NCBI GenBank assembly: GCA_009914755.4
Contig: CP068257.2
Coordinates: 21,568,001 to 21,632,000, forward strand
Reading direction: 5' to 3'
Origin: the human T2T-CHM13v2.0 reference genome, Homo sapiens
DNA length: 64,000 nt
In this document: one piece after another, positions 14,351 to 27,918 of the stretch
Layout: every line of letters begins with the position of its first letter
Numbering within the stretch: position 1 is the stretch's first letter
Translations under genes and position numbers: made by a program
The notes under the pieces: generated by a model
Databases searched by the model: none
Seen by the model: the letters and a program-made list of their open reading frames with translations, nothing else
Told to the model about the DNA's origin: nothing

Positions 14351-16494
14351 GGCTACAATCACTCTCTCTACAACTAAAAATTGTATTTTGAAGGAACATT
14401 TACATACACTTAAATCATATCAAATCCAAACACATTATACCTAATTCCAACATTTGTACAGGAATAAATTATATATTCCAGAAATGTTTGACTACTATGA
14501 GATATGGAGCACCCATGGAGCCCATACTTGGCCATTCTTAAAATGTCTATATTGGAGTGTGGTGGAACTCTTTAAACAGCTTTTTACAACTGCTCCTGCC
14601 CTTTCCAGTGTTGAGTTTTTCAGCTCCAAATAGGCACCATTTGTGCTTTTGCCCCAACAATATTCCCTTATATGAATGACCATTAGAGAAAGAGTTGATA
14701 TCTGTGACAAGTATGACTTGACAGCAGGGTTAGTATAGTAAAATAAAATTGAGAAGTGTTGCCAATAAAAATAATGACAGAAGAGTCAAACAAGGAATTC
14801 TTACGTAAGCAGCTACCTGGGTTTCTCAAATACTGGGACTGGATATGATTTCAGAGTGAAAATAACTGGTACTGACAGAAAATATCCCATGGATATTTTG
14901 TTTTTCTATTTATTTTTTCTTGCAAAAAAAAAAGGCATTGATAGCCTCTTATAGTGGACTATCTTTTCAAAGATGTATAGCAAAGTGCCTGGAAAGATAG
15001 AAATAATGTCTCCCTCCAAAAGAAAAAAAAAATGACGTTTGCTTACTTTCTATTATAAAGTATTTAGTTTCCGTAAGTTCATTGGAACCCACTCTGTGTG
15101 TAGTCATAAACGTAGGCCCATTCACATTACCCTTGTGGAAGCTGGGACAAAGAGAATTGATATAATTATTCTGGTTCTCATGTGCCTGACTTACTGTGAA
15201 CAGCGCAGTCCTTTTCTCCAATCCACGAGCTTTGCGTCTTCTGCTATCTTCTATGAAGCTGTGGCAACTTATGTTGACTTGGAGATACAAATCTCAGAAC
15301 CTTCACCATTCTTGACAATTAGTGGTCCAGGATGAGTTGAAAACCTGGCAAATGTGATACTTTTACATGCTGCTATTAGAATGGTCTAATACTGAAGTTT
15401 TTAAAAAAAAATCCTTAGAAATTTACATTGCAGGAATTTATTGAACTGTATTTTAAAATATTGAGAGGGCACACTTTTCAGATTTCTATCTTCTCTGAAT
15501 TTTATAATCTTTGAAAATGTCTACTAAAACCTCATTAAATGCATGTTTATCTAAATAGTACTGAATTTAAAATTTTAAAATATAACCCTCCAGACTAATA
15601 ATTCATTGTCTAGGCAAACACGAGTATTAGCTATCATTCTAATTTGGTTTTCATCAATATTATTTTTGTTTCTTTGGGGTTTTAATTATGTTTCCAATCC
15701 ATTCCATCTTATTTAAAATTTACTTTACATCAATGTTTGTATACCATTTAAAATTGCACATTTTAAAACATCTGTTTCAATTAGGCTGTCTCTTATTACC
15801 ATATTTGCTGCAGCTGTTTCTATCATTGACTGACTGATACTAGAAGTTTATTTGGCTTAATTTTCCAATTTTTTTTTGTATTTTAGGATGAAATGCATTT
15901 TTAAACATTTAGATTAGGGCAAACATTTTCCCATTATTTTCTTTGTATCTTTGTTAGTTTATTCTTTGCTTGAAAGGAAGTAAGTAGTGTTGAGACAAGT
16001 TTATAAGGAAACACTAATTATGAGTGGAGACATATGGAAAGGGTTTTTACATGCTCAGTTGAAGGCAGAGGACTCGGCTGTGTCTTCCAGCACTGGACAA
16101 TGTCACTACTGTCAGGAATCTGAAAGCAGAGTACTTCACGCGCGAAGCCGAAAAATGGAAGCTATGTTCTTCCTCATTAGACAATACTCACTGCCCCATG
16201 CCTCCCCCACATCTTTTCTAAAAGTTTTATTTTCTATATGCTTGTTTAGAAATACTTCAGAAAGACCTAGACACAGACGTTGTCATATAAGCTACAGATT
16301 TTTTTACTTTGGATAATTGTGTCACTTTAGACCTAAAGGAGAAGCAAATGAATCAATGTGTTATTCACAGACTTCTAAATATTCTGGTAGTTCGTTACAT
16401 TACTCACATCTTTCCAAACCATAAAAAGGATTTTGGGATTTTTAGCCCTTTGTTGCTTGTATCTATTGAATATATTATGACATGATTTATTTCT

Positions 16495-16536
16495 TTCTAT
16501 CTATCCATCTATCTATCTATCATCTATCTACCTAGT
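16495..16536. repeat. (TCTA)n/(GATA)n tetranucleotide microsatellite, slightly interrupted
   Basis: tctatctatccatctatctatctatcatctatctacc. Confidence 0.85.
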
Positions 16537-19500
16537 ATCTTGTTATTGAACCATTACTTAGGCCACATAAAATAAAAACATTTGGAATAAGTGAGACATT
16601 TAGTAGTTTTTTCATATTTGTAACTTTCTACTAGAAACATCCACAATAAGAAAATGTGTGTGGCACTTAAATGATGTTGCTTAATAGGCTAGAGAACTTT
16701 AAATCAATTTTACATCTAATATAGTTAAGCTCTTCACATGAATACTAAGTGAATTCTTATGCTCTCCACTTTGTGAAGGAAAAAGGCTGAAATTCAGAAA
16801 ATTTTACATGATCTATATTCCCAAAGTCACATACATACTAAATGATGGAAGCCAAACAGGAACCTTGGTCTTTAGACTTAAAACATAGCTTCCTTTCCTT
16901 TCATGTGCAAGTAATGAATATATCACATGTCTATTTTTGTGTAATTCACTTTATGTTTCTAATTGTAGCTTGATCAATATGTATTTTTAGTTGGTATAAG
17001 CATACAATGTCATAGAACAAATAAGCCCCAATCTTGAATAGCAGAATAGGGTGACTATAGTAGTAACATTGTATAATTTATTTCCAAGTAGTTAGAAGAG
17101 AGGGCTTGAAATGTTACCAACACATGGTCATGGTTACCCCAAATGACCTGACTTGATCATTACATATTCTATGCTTATAACAAATACCACGTGTAACCCG
17201 TAAATATGTAAAATATTTTGCATCAGTAAAAAAACTGTATTTGTCAATAGGCAAATAATTTTTACTCTCTAGTGTTCATTCTTTTATTCAGATACAAAAA
17301 AATTTGGATCAATGATTCTCTAGATTTCTTCCAATTTTAAGCTCCTAGTTGATACATTATTTTGTAGAACCAAATTTTCTTATGCAAAGACTCAGAATTT
17401 ACAGTTATATTAAGTAGATTATTGACACGTACTGATATGCATGTGAATATTAATATATCATTTTAAATATAACATATACCCTGTACATGTGTGTTATTTC
17501 TAATACCATTGCAGAAAATAAATTTTAGTCTTTCTACAGCAGTCTAAATTAGTCAAATTATTTTTTATTTGTTATATAAATGACCTCTTCACTCCATTTT
17601 CTTTTACTCAAACAATACTAACTTCAGGAAGAGTGAAATATTTAACTATAATTTAAGAAATTTCCAAATATAGTGGTAAATATTTCCTTATGTGGTCATT
17701 TTAAATTGATCTAGGAAGTTTTAACCCTTTTAATAATGGATATTTTATGACCTACTATAAAATTGTTCTGTCTAGTTACCGGATAGATTTTGCTAGAGAA
17801 TATTTTGGATAGAGCAACTGACTCTTGACGGTAAACATTTTGTTTGCTATTGCCTTTTTCTCTCATGCTTAAAAATTGTCAGACTTTTCTTGGCCATGAT
17901 AATAATGTTGTTAATAAAGTAAAAACCTAAGTAAAGTGTTTTAATAGATGAATTATAAATGATAGGGATGAGTATATAAAAGACTCTCTGGATTCTTTTG
18001 ATTTGGTCAATTAACAAAAATAAGGACATTTATGTTCGATATGTGCACCCTTTTATCTATCTTAATAGGAGTCTTTTTAGATATGTGGCAATTCTTTCCA
18101 TTTAGGTAGTTTATAATTGCCATAAAAACATTTTTGAGGTTTACATTTATGAAATATAAAATAAAAAAATCTTCTTATTCAAGTAAGAAAGGAAATAAAG
18201 GAAATTAATCATAGTAAGATATGGAAAAGATACTTGAAAAAGTTTATATGAATAGCTACACTAATTGCTGGGGCCATTCCTTGCTCACATAGCTATTTAT
18301 CAAAGACAGAATGATAAATATAAGCTATGGTTTATAACATTCTTTTGAAAATATTAAAATAAATAATTCATATTGTGCACAGATGTCTAAATGCAAGAGT
18401 ACTGCATTGTGTATTCAGAGATTTTTTTTCTTTATGAATTGGGTAGGATTTTACTGAACTAAGTATGCACAATACATTTTGATGAATTATTGATATGATT
18501 AAGTTTTAGGAGACTTTTAAACTATGAAAATCCTGCTAAACCATCAGAATAAATTTGAGTTAAGGAGTTTTAGTGTAACTTTTAAATGTGTAATTCACAA
18601 AACTATGGAATTTACACTCATGAGCTTATCATTCTATGGAAGGAAAAACGAGTGCTAGTAAACATCCGAACATCTTATCTTCTCTTTATTGTATGAACTC
18701 TGCACTTCTAAATTTGTTGATTCTATCAGCATGAAGTCTATTAAGCCGTTTTAATCTATTCTATACCTGATACTGCGAGTGGCACGCATCTAAGTGTACT
18801 TGAACCAGAATATTTGCATAGAAAAAAAAACTACTGCCCTTTTGCTTCTGGTTGATTTTTATCTTATTTTAACCAACAAAATATCGTAGTTTGTTGCTCA
18901 GATAGTCTGTAATAAGATGAACATTAGCAAGACTATGTTTCTAGAATTGATGATAATTGTTCCTAGATATGATGAAAAAAACACATTGAGAAAAATAACA
19001 TCAAATATTCAGAGAAGTCCCCACTATTTCCAAATTTGTTCTTGGACAAATTACTTGCAATATTACCTCTTTGCAAGTAGAGGTAGATAATTTCCTTAAT
19101 CTATGTCATAGAAATTCTTATCTTCACTCTCAGTAAATGGTATGGTTACAAATCAAGTAATAAATAGGGGCAATATTTTTTTATTTTTCTTCCATTTATT
19201 AGAGAAAGGACCAGAATTTTTTTCTGTAAATGGTCAGAGAGCAAATAATTTCAGCTATCTGAGCCATACAGTCTCTATAGAAACTACTCAACTCTTAATC
19301 TTGTAGCACCAAGGCAGTCTTAGGCAATGCCTAAAATGAGTGAGTGTGGCTGAATTCCAATAAAACTTTATTTACATGAACAAGTGAGTGGTCATATTTG
19401 TCCCAGACAGTTGTTTGCTAAGCTAAGTCAAATATAAAATAAAATCTTCAAACACGCCTAAAGCATGAATACGCCAGGGATATGCAATCCCTGCAGACTG

Positions 19501-19609
19501 CTCTGGATGATGCACTTTTAAGTAAACCATTTTAGTAAAAACTACTTGGAGAAATGCTGGAGTTGTCACATGTTTGGACATAGTGAACAGGAAGGCAAAA
19601 GACTCAGAA

Positions 19610-21230
19610 TAACCAAAGCAATCCTAAGCAAAAATAACAAAACTGGAGGAATCAGATTACCTGGTGTCAGATTATACTACAAAGCTATAGTAATTAAAAC
19701 AGCATTGTATTGGCATTAAAACAGATACATAGACCAATGGAACAGAATACACCAGGAAACAAGTTCACACGCCTACAGTGAACTCATTTTTGAAAATGGT
19801 GCCCAGAACATATACTGGGGAAAAGACAGCCTCTTAAATAAATGGTGCTGGAAAAACCAGATATCCATATGCAGAAGAATGCAACTAGAACCTTATTTAT
19901 CACCACTTATAAAAATCAAATCAAAACAGATAAAGACATATCTAAGACCTTAAACTATGAAACTATACAAGAAAACATTGGGAAAATTCTCCAGGACATT
20001 CGTTCGGGCAAAAATCTCTTAATACCCCACAAGCAGAGGCAACCAAAGCACAAAGGGATACGTGGGATCACATCAAGTTTAAAAGCTTCTGCACAGTAAA
20101 GGATACAATCAACAAAGTAAAAAGACAACCCACAGAATGGGAGAAAATGTTTTCAAACTACCCATCTGATGAGGGATTTATAACCAGAATATATAAGGAG
20201 CTCAAACAACTCTATGGGAAAAAAACTACTAATCTGATCAAAAAATGGGCAAATTATTTGAATAGGCATTTCAAAGGAAGACATACAAGTGGTAAACAGG
20301 TATATGAAAAGGTGCTCAACATCAGCGATCATCAGAGAAATGCAAATCTAAACTAGAATGAGATACAATCTCACCCTAGTTAAAACTGCTTATATTCAAA
20401 AGTCAGGCAATAACAAATGTTAGTGAGGTACAAGGGTACCCTTGTACACTGTTGGTGGGGATGTAAATTACTAACAACCACTATGGAGAATAGTTTGGAG
20501 GTTCCTCACAAAACTAAAAATTGAGCTACCATATAATCCAGCAATACCACTGCTGGATATATACCCCAAAGAAAGGAAATTGGTATGTGAAAGAGATTAT
20601 CTGCATTCCTATGTTTGTTTCAGCACTGTTTACAATAGCTAAGATTTGAAAGCAACCTAAGTGTCTACCAAAAGATAAATGGATAAAGGAAATGTGATAA
20701 CTATACACAATGAAGTACAATTCAGTCATTAAAAAGAATGAGATTCAGTCATTTCCAACAACGTGGATGGTACTAGAGATCATTATGTTAAGTGAAATAA
20801 GCCAGACACAGAAAGACAAATAACACATGTTCTCATTTATGTGTGAGATCTAAAAATCAAAACAATTGAACTCAGGGACATAGAAAGTAGAAGAGTGGTT
20901 ACCAGGGGCTGGCAATGCTTTTGGGGCTGGGGATGTGGGGTTGAGATGGTTAATTGCTGCAAAATCAAATCCTTAGAAAGAATGAATAAGACCTACTCTT
21001 TGGTAGCACAAAATGACTATAGTCAATAATAACTAAATTGTACATTTAAAAATAAAGAGTGTAATTGGATTGCTTGCATGTCAAAGGATTAATGCTTGAG
21101 GGGATGGATACCCCATTCTCCATGATGTGCTTATTTCACATTGCATGCCTGTATCAAAACATCCCATGTACCCTGTAATATATATACTTTGTAGCCAAAC
21201 ATTTATTAAAAAATAAATAATAGAAACTAG
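19610..21230 (+). mobile_element. Older LINE-1 (L1PB/L1MA-like) 3' half: the ORF2 C-terminal region plus the 3' UTR, ending in an A-rich tail
   Basis: Collinear with L1 ORF2: AATCCTAAGCAAAAATAACAAAACTGGAGGAATCAGATTACCTGG..., ATAGACCAATGGAACAGAATA..., AATAAATGGTGCTGGAAAAACCAGATATCCATATGCAGAAGAATG..., GCTTCTGCACAGTAAAGGATACAATCAACAAAGTAAAAAGACAACCCACAGAATGGGAGAAAAT..., CATCAGAGAAATGCAAATCTAAAC..., CACTGTTGGTGGGGATGTAAATT.... The 3' UTR reads ...GGTTACCAGGGGCTGGCAATGC...CCCATGTACCCTGTAATATATATACTTTGTAGCCAAACATTTATTAAAAAATAAATAAT. Frameshifts and stop codons mean it is non-coding. Confidence 0.85.
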
Positions 21231-21814
21231 GAGTAATATTCTGTCAACATGCAATAATTTTAGTCTTCTAAATTTACAATACAACTGTGTCTGTGATACT
21301 AAATGTCTCATTGATTTCATTGAACTAATGCAAAACTCACAAAATCATATTATGCAAAATAATACAAATGTAGCATGAGGTTATAAGTTTATGTATTCAT
21401 CATTATTATTTTACACTTTAAATGAGGCATTTAATGCTATTGTTTCAAAATGAGAGCAAAAGTATGGTTCTAGTTGAGAAAATCAAATTGGATACCATAA
21501 GGATGCATTTGTTGAGAAGCTGTATCTTTCTGTATTCAGTGCCTTGGATAGTACTCACCATAGAATTATTAACATATGGGTTCTTTTTACGAAAAATTGG
21601 AAAGAGTAAGATGAACTAGGTAGCTATCAGAAATAATTTGATAAATGACAGGATAACAGCTACTTAGTAAAGTATTTGGCAATACCCTTTCCACTTCTGC
21701 AATCTAAAGTCATTTTTCATTTGTCATATTGTAGTATTTGGAAAATATCATGACAGCATATGATATTTGGTACATTATATGATATTTGATATATGAAAGT
21801 CAGCTGAAATATAT

Positions 21815-22092
21815 ATGTCAAAAATGTAAGGACAAAAAACCAAACTCCGCATGTTCTCACTCATAGGTGGGAATTGAACAATGAGAACACATGGACACAG
21901 GAAGGGGAACACCACACACCGGGGCCTGTTGTGGGGTGGGGCGAGGGGGGAGGGATAGCATTAGGAGATATACCTAATGTAAATGACGAGTTAATGGGTG
22001 CAGCACACCAACATGGCACATGTATACATATGTAACAAACCTGCACGTTGTGCACATGTACTCTAAAACTTCAAGTATGATAAAAAAATTAT
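21815..22092 (+). mobile_element. Young L1PA-type 3'-end fragment of about 280 bp, 5'-truncated
   Basis: CAAACTCCGCATGTTCTCACTCATAGGTGGGAATTGAACAATGAGAACACATGGACACAGGAAGGGGAACACCACACACCGGGGCCTGTTGTGGGGTGGGGCGAGGGGGGAGGGATAGCATTAGGAGATATACCTAATGTAAATGACGAGTTAATGGGTGCAGCACACCAACATGGCACATGTATACATATGTAACAAACCTGCACGTTGTGCACATGTACTCTAAAACTTCAAGTATGATAAAAAAA. This is the canonical primate L1PA/L1HS ORF2-end and 3' UTR sequence. Confidence 0.88.
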
Positions 22093-22129
22093 AAAGACAA
22101 AAAAATGTAAACCTTCTGTTTCAAGTAAT

Positions 22130-23700
22130 ATAGAAGATACAGGATGACAGACAATATCAAAATTGGAGAAACAAAATAACAACATATTAAATTTTTGATA
22201 AAATAGAACAAACTTTTATTACATTTAACAAAGAATTAGCAAAAGAGTAAAAATGTCTTGGGACGCACAAACAAAAATAAAGCAAAAACCATGGGTTGGA
22301 AACAAACAACCCACCTATTCTCACACTGAGGACTTCTGACAGCTCCTGTGAAACTGAAGATTCTGAAATGATAGATGCACTAAACAGAGGAGACAGGAAG
22401 GAAATTCGCTGGCTAATAGAAAGTTTGGAATGTAATCTTACGAGAATCCCATATACGGCATTAACTCCAGATGATCACAGTCATAATTGGGGGATAATTT
22501 AAATAAGCCTCACTATACAGTAAAGAATAGCAAAGAAAATTACCTGAATGCAACACTAGGTAGAGGATCTCACATACCCACAGAAATGAACATATGTTTG
22601 TAATCACTTAGTAGAAACCAACACATAGATGGTTAACATGAATAAGTTCATGGCAGTAAATATAAAAACTTATAAGAAATTAATATGTTCCAAAGAACAA
22701 ATACAACTTACAAAAATTGTCTCAAGAAGAAACAGAGTGATTGCATTGCCCCAACATAGTTAATGCAACCTAATTAGAAATTTTTAGAAAAAACCTTCAC
22801 AGAAAGTAATTCTGGTGCAAAATGCTTTGCAAGTGAGTTCTACAGAGTATTAAAGAAACATAATTCTAACAAAGAAGCTTGGAAAAGAGAAAAACCTCAA
22901 CCCTCAGTCTCATTTTATGTGACATGCATAACCCTGATACCCAAATAATTGAAATAGATTAAAATAAAGAAAAAACGCATTAATTTCACTGGAAATAGAA
23001 TTATAAGTATCATGAGTTAATTATTGAGCAATGCATAAAATTACTGTGAGAAACTATATAATATTAATAAACTGAATGGTTAATGTTAGAAAATATAGCA
23101 TGTATGGCAAAGAAATTATTATTCCCATAAGTCTAGAAAATGTGATAGGTCAAAATTATTATTACCACTTAAAACTCTTATTAATTCCAAATAATAGGCA
23201 AACTTTTCATCTTATAAGAAGCATAAATAAAACACTAAACACCATGATAAATGATGAATTGTTAAAAGAATACTCTTTAGTATCAGGAAAACTTTAAGGA
23301 ATTAAAGGTAGTACTACTTTTATTTAAAAATCATAAACATTGAAAGTTCCTATAATTATACAAGGGTAAAAAAATAAAGATACATATTTATTAAAAAAAA
23401 ATATACAGAAGATTTAATAGACTATACAGGTAAATTTTTGAAATTTATCAAGTCATTTATAAGTTTGATATTTTAAAAATCCACATTAAATTAAAATTCA
23501 CTTTTATAAAACAGTAATGATCAATAAGAAAATGAAGTTTTAAATTAATAAATTTTTAGATTTTAACAAATAGATCATAGGAAAAAGCTAATACAAATTG
23601 TGCAGTTTTTATTGAAGAATATTTACAAAATGTTGGAACACATTGAAAAATGTCTAGAGACATATGCTAGCTTGTGGATATGAATATTCAATATCGTGGA
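22130..23700 (+). mobile_element. Old LINE-1 (L1M-like) fragment covering ORF1 and the N-terminal part of ORF2, very A-rich
   Basis: L1-like stretches such as ...CTGGTGCAAAATGCTTTGCAAGTGAGTTCTACAGAGTATTAAAGAAACATAATTCTAACAAAGAAGCTTGGAAAAGAGAAAAACCTCAACCCTCAGTCTCATTTTATGTGACATGCATAACCCTGATACCCAAA... (compare L1 ...TCATTTTATGAGGCCAGCATTACCCTGATACCAAAAC). The coding frame is broken throughout. Confidence 0.55.
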
Positions 23701-24577
23701 TATGAAATTACAATTCCAAATCAATCTACAAATGTTTTAATGGCATTGAAATAATATATTACTAGAAAAACTGATTCTACTGTCTATATAAAGCTGTACT
23801 CTTTTCTCAGAACAGTGGATATTTTTGTCCAGTTTCATATTTGTTTTGGGTGCTGGCCTTTGCATTATTGAAAATTTGGATATTTGGCAGTATCCCTCGT
23901 CTCTCCCCAGCAGTCAACCTTCATGGCAACCAATCATGTCTCCAGACATTCCCAAATGTCCCACTGTCAGCAAAATGGCCCCAGTTGAGAATCATTGATG
24001 CAGAGAATGAAAGAATGGTAATAGCCAAGACTTGGAGAAAAATAGTGGGAGGCCTTGCTCTGTTCGATTACAGGTTATAATGCTAAGTTTCGGTGATTAA
24101 AACTTTAAGTATTATCTCTACAGTAATAGGAGGAATTCTTCATTACTAATGAAGTAAGTAGTTATTCCTATGAGAAACAATGAAGTTTCATTCCATACAA
24201 TATGAAAAAATCAATAACACTTGTATAGAGAAATAGACGTAAAAGGCAAACTTATGAAATTTTTAAAAAGCAACATAAAATAATCTAAATTTAGGCAGGA
24301 AATAATTTCTTATATAAAGCAAAGAATTACAAGCTATGTGTAGATAATCAATAATGTTGACTTATTCAATACAGAATGGCCTTTATTTAAAAATGCATCA
24401 TTGGAGTGGAAATATAGGCCACACTCTGTGAGAATAGTATCTATAATGAGTCAAATCTTTTTATTCAGAAAATGTAAACAGCATATATGAATCACTACAA
24501 ACAACTCACTTTATCAAAAGATGGTTGAAAACATCAATAGTATTTCACAGAAGAAAGTTAAATAAACCATAGCCTAT

Positions 24578-24668
24578 GAAAAAACAAAACAACAAAACAA
24601 AACAAAACAAAAAGCATAACCCATTGAATATTGGAAAAAAACAACAAAAAAACGAACAAACAAAAAAT
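24578..24668. repeat. A-rich (AAAAC)n-like low-complexity tract, flanked by a short duplicated motif CCCATTGAATAT(T/C)(G/A)GAAAAAAA
   Basis: aaaaaacaaaacaacaaaacaaaacaaaacaaaaagcataacccattgaatattggaaaaaaacaacaaaaaaacgaacaaacaaaaaatgagtagcccattgaatatcagaaaaaaaa. Confidence 0.8.
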
Positions 24669-25096
24669 GAGTAGCCCATTGAATATCAGAAAAAAAATTT
24701 AAATGTATAATAAAATTTATTTTACATTCAGCAAATTTATAATAATTGAAATCTATTAATATCAAGCATGTAAATATTAGAACAACTAGAAGTTTTCATC
24801 TCACCAATAGTGGGAGTGTAATTCCTACATTCCATTGTGTTTTATTGTTTTTGGTAATTCTAGTGAAGATGAATATGCACATTAGCGGTTATTCATTGGT
24901 ATCATCAAGAAAACCACCTTCTGGGATACAAGGAAAGATTGCTTAGTGTGAGCAATGAATACATATATATTTTTAGTGTGATTAATCTAAATAGATTAAT
25001 TTTATTCAATTTATTTACAATGCATTTTACAATAAAAACGTTTTTAAAATTTAAAAAAGTATTGTCGATGTAATTGTTGTAGTACACCATCGCTAT

Positions 25097-25310
25097 TAAA
25101 AATAAACAAATAAAGGATAAAAAAATCTCTTCTCATCCTAGAATCTTTTTAAACGCTCCACAGCATCAATGTGTTATTCTTGGTCTGAGATGTACACTTC
25201 TTTACGTAAATATGGTTTTTTTAACGTAATACTCAGCCAAGCTATCTGCTATCATCTGTTTATCCATCTTTTGGTTGTTTCACTTAATGTTATTTCACGT
25301 TTTAAAAAAA
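25097..25310 (+). repeat. Copy A of a roughly 200 bp local direct duplication whose partner lies at 26196-26395. It begins with an AAATAAACAAATAAA A-rich motif.
   Basis: AAATAAACAAATAAAGGATAAAAAAATCTCTTCTCATCCTAGAATCTTTTTAAACGCTCCACAGCATCAATGTGTTATTCTTGG...CAGCCAAGCTATCTGCTATCATCTGTTTATCCATCTTTTGGTTGTTTCACTTAATG aligns with copy B at about 80% identity by eye. Confidence 0.7.
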
Positions 25311-25903
25311 GGTTCTACTTGTTTGTTTCAGTTATTTTGAGATAGTGGACTGTAAGACATCCTATTCCAAAATGAGTTACAAATTCGATGTAAATATCCA
25401 ACTAATATCAAGTTCTACTGACAGTTCACTGAGTTTAATTCACTATGTATACATAGTCAGTTACTAGTCTGCCATCACATTTTATAAAAACAGTTCTGAC
25501 AAGTCTTCACATTTGTAGCAATTTAATAGAGCGATATGGAATGTAAATGAACTAGAAAATAATGCATTAGAAGCTCCACATATCTAAATTAGGATGGATA
25601 CATTAATACTCTCATTATTGGTAACTGCCAGCATTTTTAGCTAGGTAATGACCTGTATGATTATGTTTTTATATAAACCAGAATGCTATCAAACTTAAAA
25701 TGAAGACAAAGTATATTAAAACTAAGCATAAATACAAATATAACCGATATTCTTAAGAATATTAATTTTCAGTGGATTTTGACATTAAACTTATATTTCA
25801 AGTATTAAAACACATATTTCCCAGCACACTATGACTTTTACAATTTTATAAAATCAAATTTATTGTCTTCCCTTTGAATGTTCTTGAATTCTTTTGATTC
25901 TTA

Positions 25904-26195
<292 letters not shown>

Positions 26196-26215
<20 letters not shown>

Positions 26216-26395
26216 AGATAAAAATGCTCTTCTCATCCTAGAATCTTTTTATATGTTCCACAGTATCAATATGCTATTCTTGGTTTGTGGTATACACTTT
26301 TTTACATTAATTTTTTTTTAACTTAATGTTCAACCAAGCTATCTGCTTTATTTTATTTATCCACCCTTGGTTATTTCACTTAAATATAACATTTT
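26196..26395 (+). repeat. Copy B of the roughly 200 bp local direct duplication, immediately 3' of (and overlapping) the Alu tail
   Basis: AAATAAACAAATAAATAGAAGATAAAAATGCTCTTCTCATCCTAGAATCTTTTTATATGTTCCACAGTATCAATATGCTATTCTTGG...CAACCAAGCTATCTGCTTTATTTTATTTATCCACCCTTGGTTATTTCACTTAAAT. Confidence 0.7.
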
Positions 26396-27074
26396 GATTT
26401 TATAATATTTTATCCATTTTAATATTTTATAAAGCCATAATATTTTAATTGATCACTTATTAAAAATACAGGTGTCGGACACTGTTCTAGGCATTGAAGA
26501 AGAAACAACTTCTTGATCCCAACAATTGTGCATTCTAGGGGAAAACAAAAACTTAATGAAGAGAAAATACCAGAGATTATACATGTAGTTACTTTACATT
26601 AAGTAGTAAATGATACCCTGATTTAGAAGGTCATGTAATATCTTTGAGAGCATTATAAGCACACTTTAGCCAATCATGAAATTGATTTAGTGGGTCATGA
26701 CCAACATTTTAAAATGTAGAATAAAATAGTGGACTATGGTAAAGAATAGCATAGCATGACATAACATAAGATACAAGGGAAAAATCAGGTACTGTATCCA
26801 TGGAGTAAATGTTCTGAGAATTTGTTTTTTGCGATAAGTATGTATGAAACTGCATATATATGTCTATGTGTATTTGCTTCTTTGTATACTAGATCAATAT
26901 AAAATGCTTTCCTTACCATCAGTCCAGGGAAAAATAATCAAAAAGCACTGAGTTATTGTAAATGCCCTTTTATATAAATAGGGTTGAAATATAACAATTA
27001 TTTAATAATTTCTACATATTATGTTCACTTCTAGGTGTTCCTCATTTAATTCTCACAACAAGAATATTATATTT

Positions 27075-27180
27075 TCTTAATATCATTTTCTTTTTACAGG
27101 GGAGGAAATCGAGGCACTGGACAGCTGAAGCACTTTCTTAAGTGAGGTTTCAAGATGACATGATATTTCAATATACACTC
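27075..27180 (+). mobile_element. MIR (mammalian-wide interspersed repeat) SINE core fragment
   Basis: TTTTTACAGGGGAGGAAATCGAGGCACTGGACAGCTGAAGCACTTTCTTAAGTGAGGTTTCAAGATGACATG against the MIR core ATTTTACAGATGAGGAAACTGAGGCTCAGAGAGGTTAAGTGACTTGCCCAAGGTCACACAG. Confidence 0.55.
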
Positions 27181-27918
27181 ATTATTGTATACACATTTAA
27201 AACAGGGTTTGAAGAGTTATTTTTCACTATTGAGTGATAAAAGCATTCTTCTATTTTGCAAACTGTTTGGTTCTTTTTTCCTCAGTTCTTTATTCTCACG
27301 AAAATGCTGCAGTAATGTTTGAGGATAGAAGTACATGCACCTCTGACTATTTCTTTGGACATTTACTTGAATATATTTAATACCTCAGATGTATTTTGAT
27401 AAAATAATGTCTAAAAAGATTGAAATTTATATACCAATCAACAGTACCCAAAAGGTTCTTGAAGATGGAGGTACTCTTGCTAGTGTACCCACTTTCTTTG
27501 ACTAATCTAGAGATTTGAGCTTCTCTATGCTATTGGTTCTTTGCACAGCTCTTTGTGTTAATGTCTAAGTTCTCATCTCCACCCTTGTTCACAGAGAAGC
27601 TACTCAGATTTCCAAGTATGCAAACTTCCAGTGAACTTCTGTGAATTCCTTCTGACTTATTTTTGCCATATTATCTGATTACCTACAGAATGTCAGGTGT
27701 TTTCATTTGTTTTGCGATAGTTTGTTTTTGTTCAGTTTTTCCCATAGAGAGAAAATAAAACGAATGACTAGAGAGGTAAAATATTTGTTCATACTTGCAG
27801 TTGCCACACAGACAGGTCATGTCCACTGTGAACTCTGATTTTTTTCTGGCATACAAATACCCCATATAACGGAGTGCGACATATAGAGAATTAAGGTGAT
27901 TAAAACTATTTCCCTATG

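Noticed and set aside
16120-16150. Small CpG cluster (CACGCGCGAAGCCG) as a possible CpG-island promoter
   Set aside because: Only about 4 CpGs occur in 30 bp, within AT-rich sequence. This is far below CpG-island length and density criteria.
19610-23700. L1 ORF2 reverse-transcriptase/endonuclease-like stretches as intact coding genes
   Set aside because: The coding frames are interrupted by many stops and indels. The best ORFs in the region are at most 85 aa. These are decayed retrotransposon remnants.
27100-27150. Exon-like segment with a polypyrimidine tract, AG acceptor and GTGAGG donor
   Set aside because: The segment is the conserved core of a MIR SINE (…TTTACAGGGGAGGAAATCGAGGCACTGG…), which commonly mimics splice signals. 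No ORF or flanking exon context could be established without transcript data.
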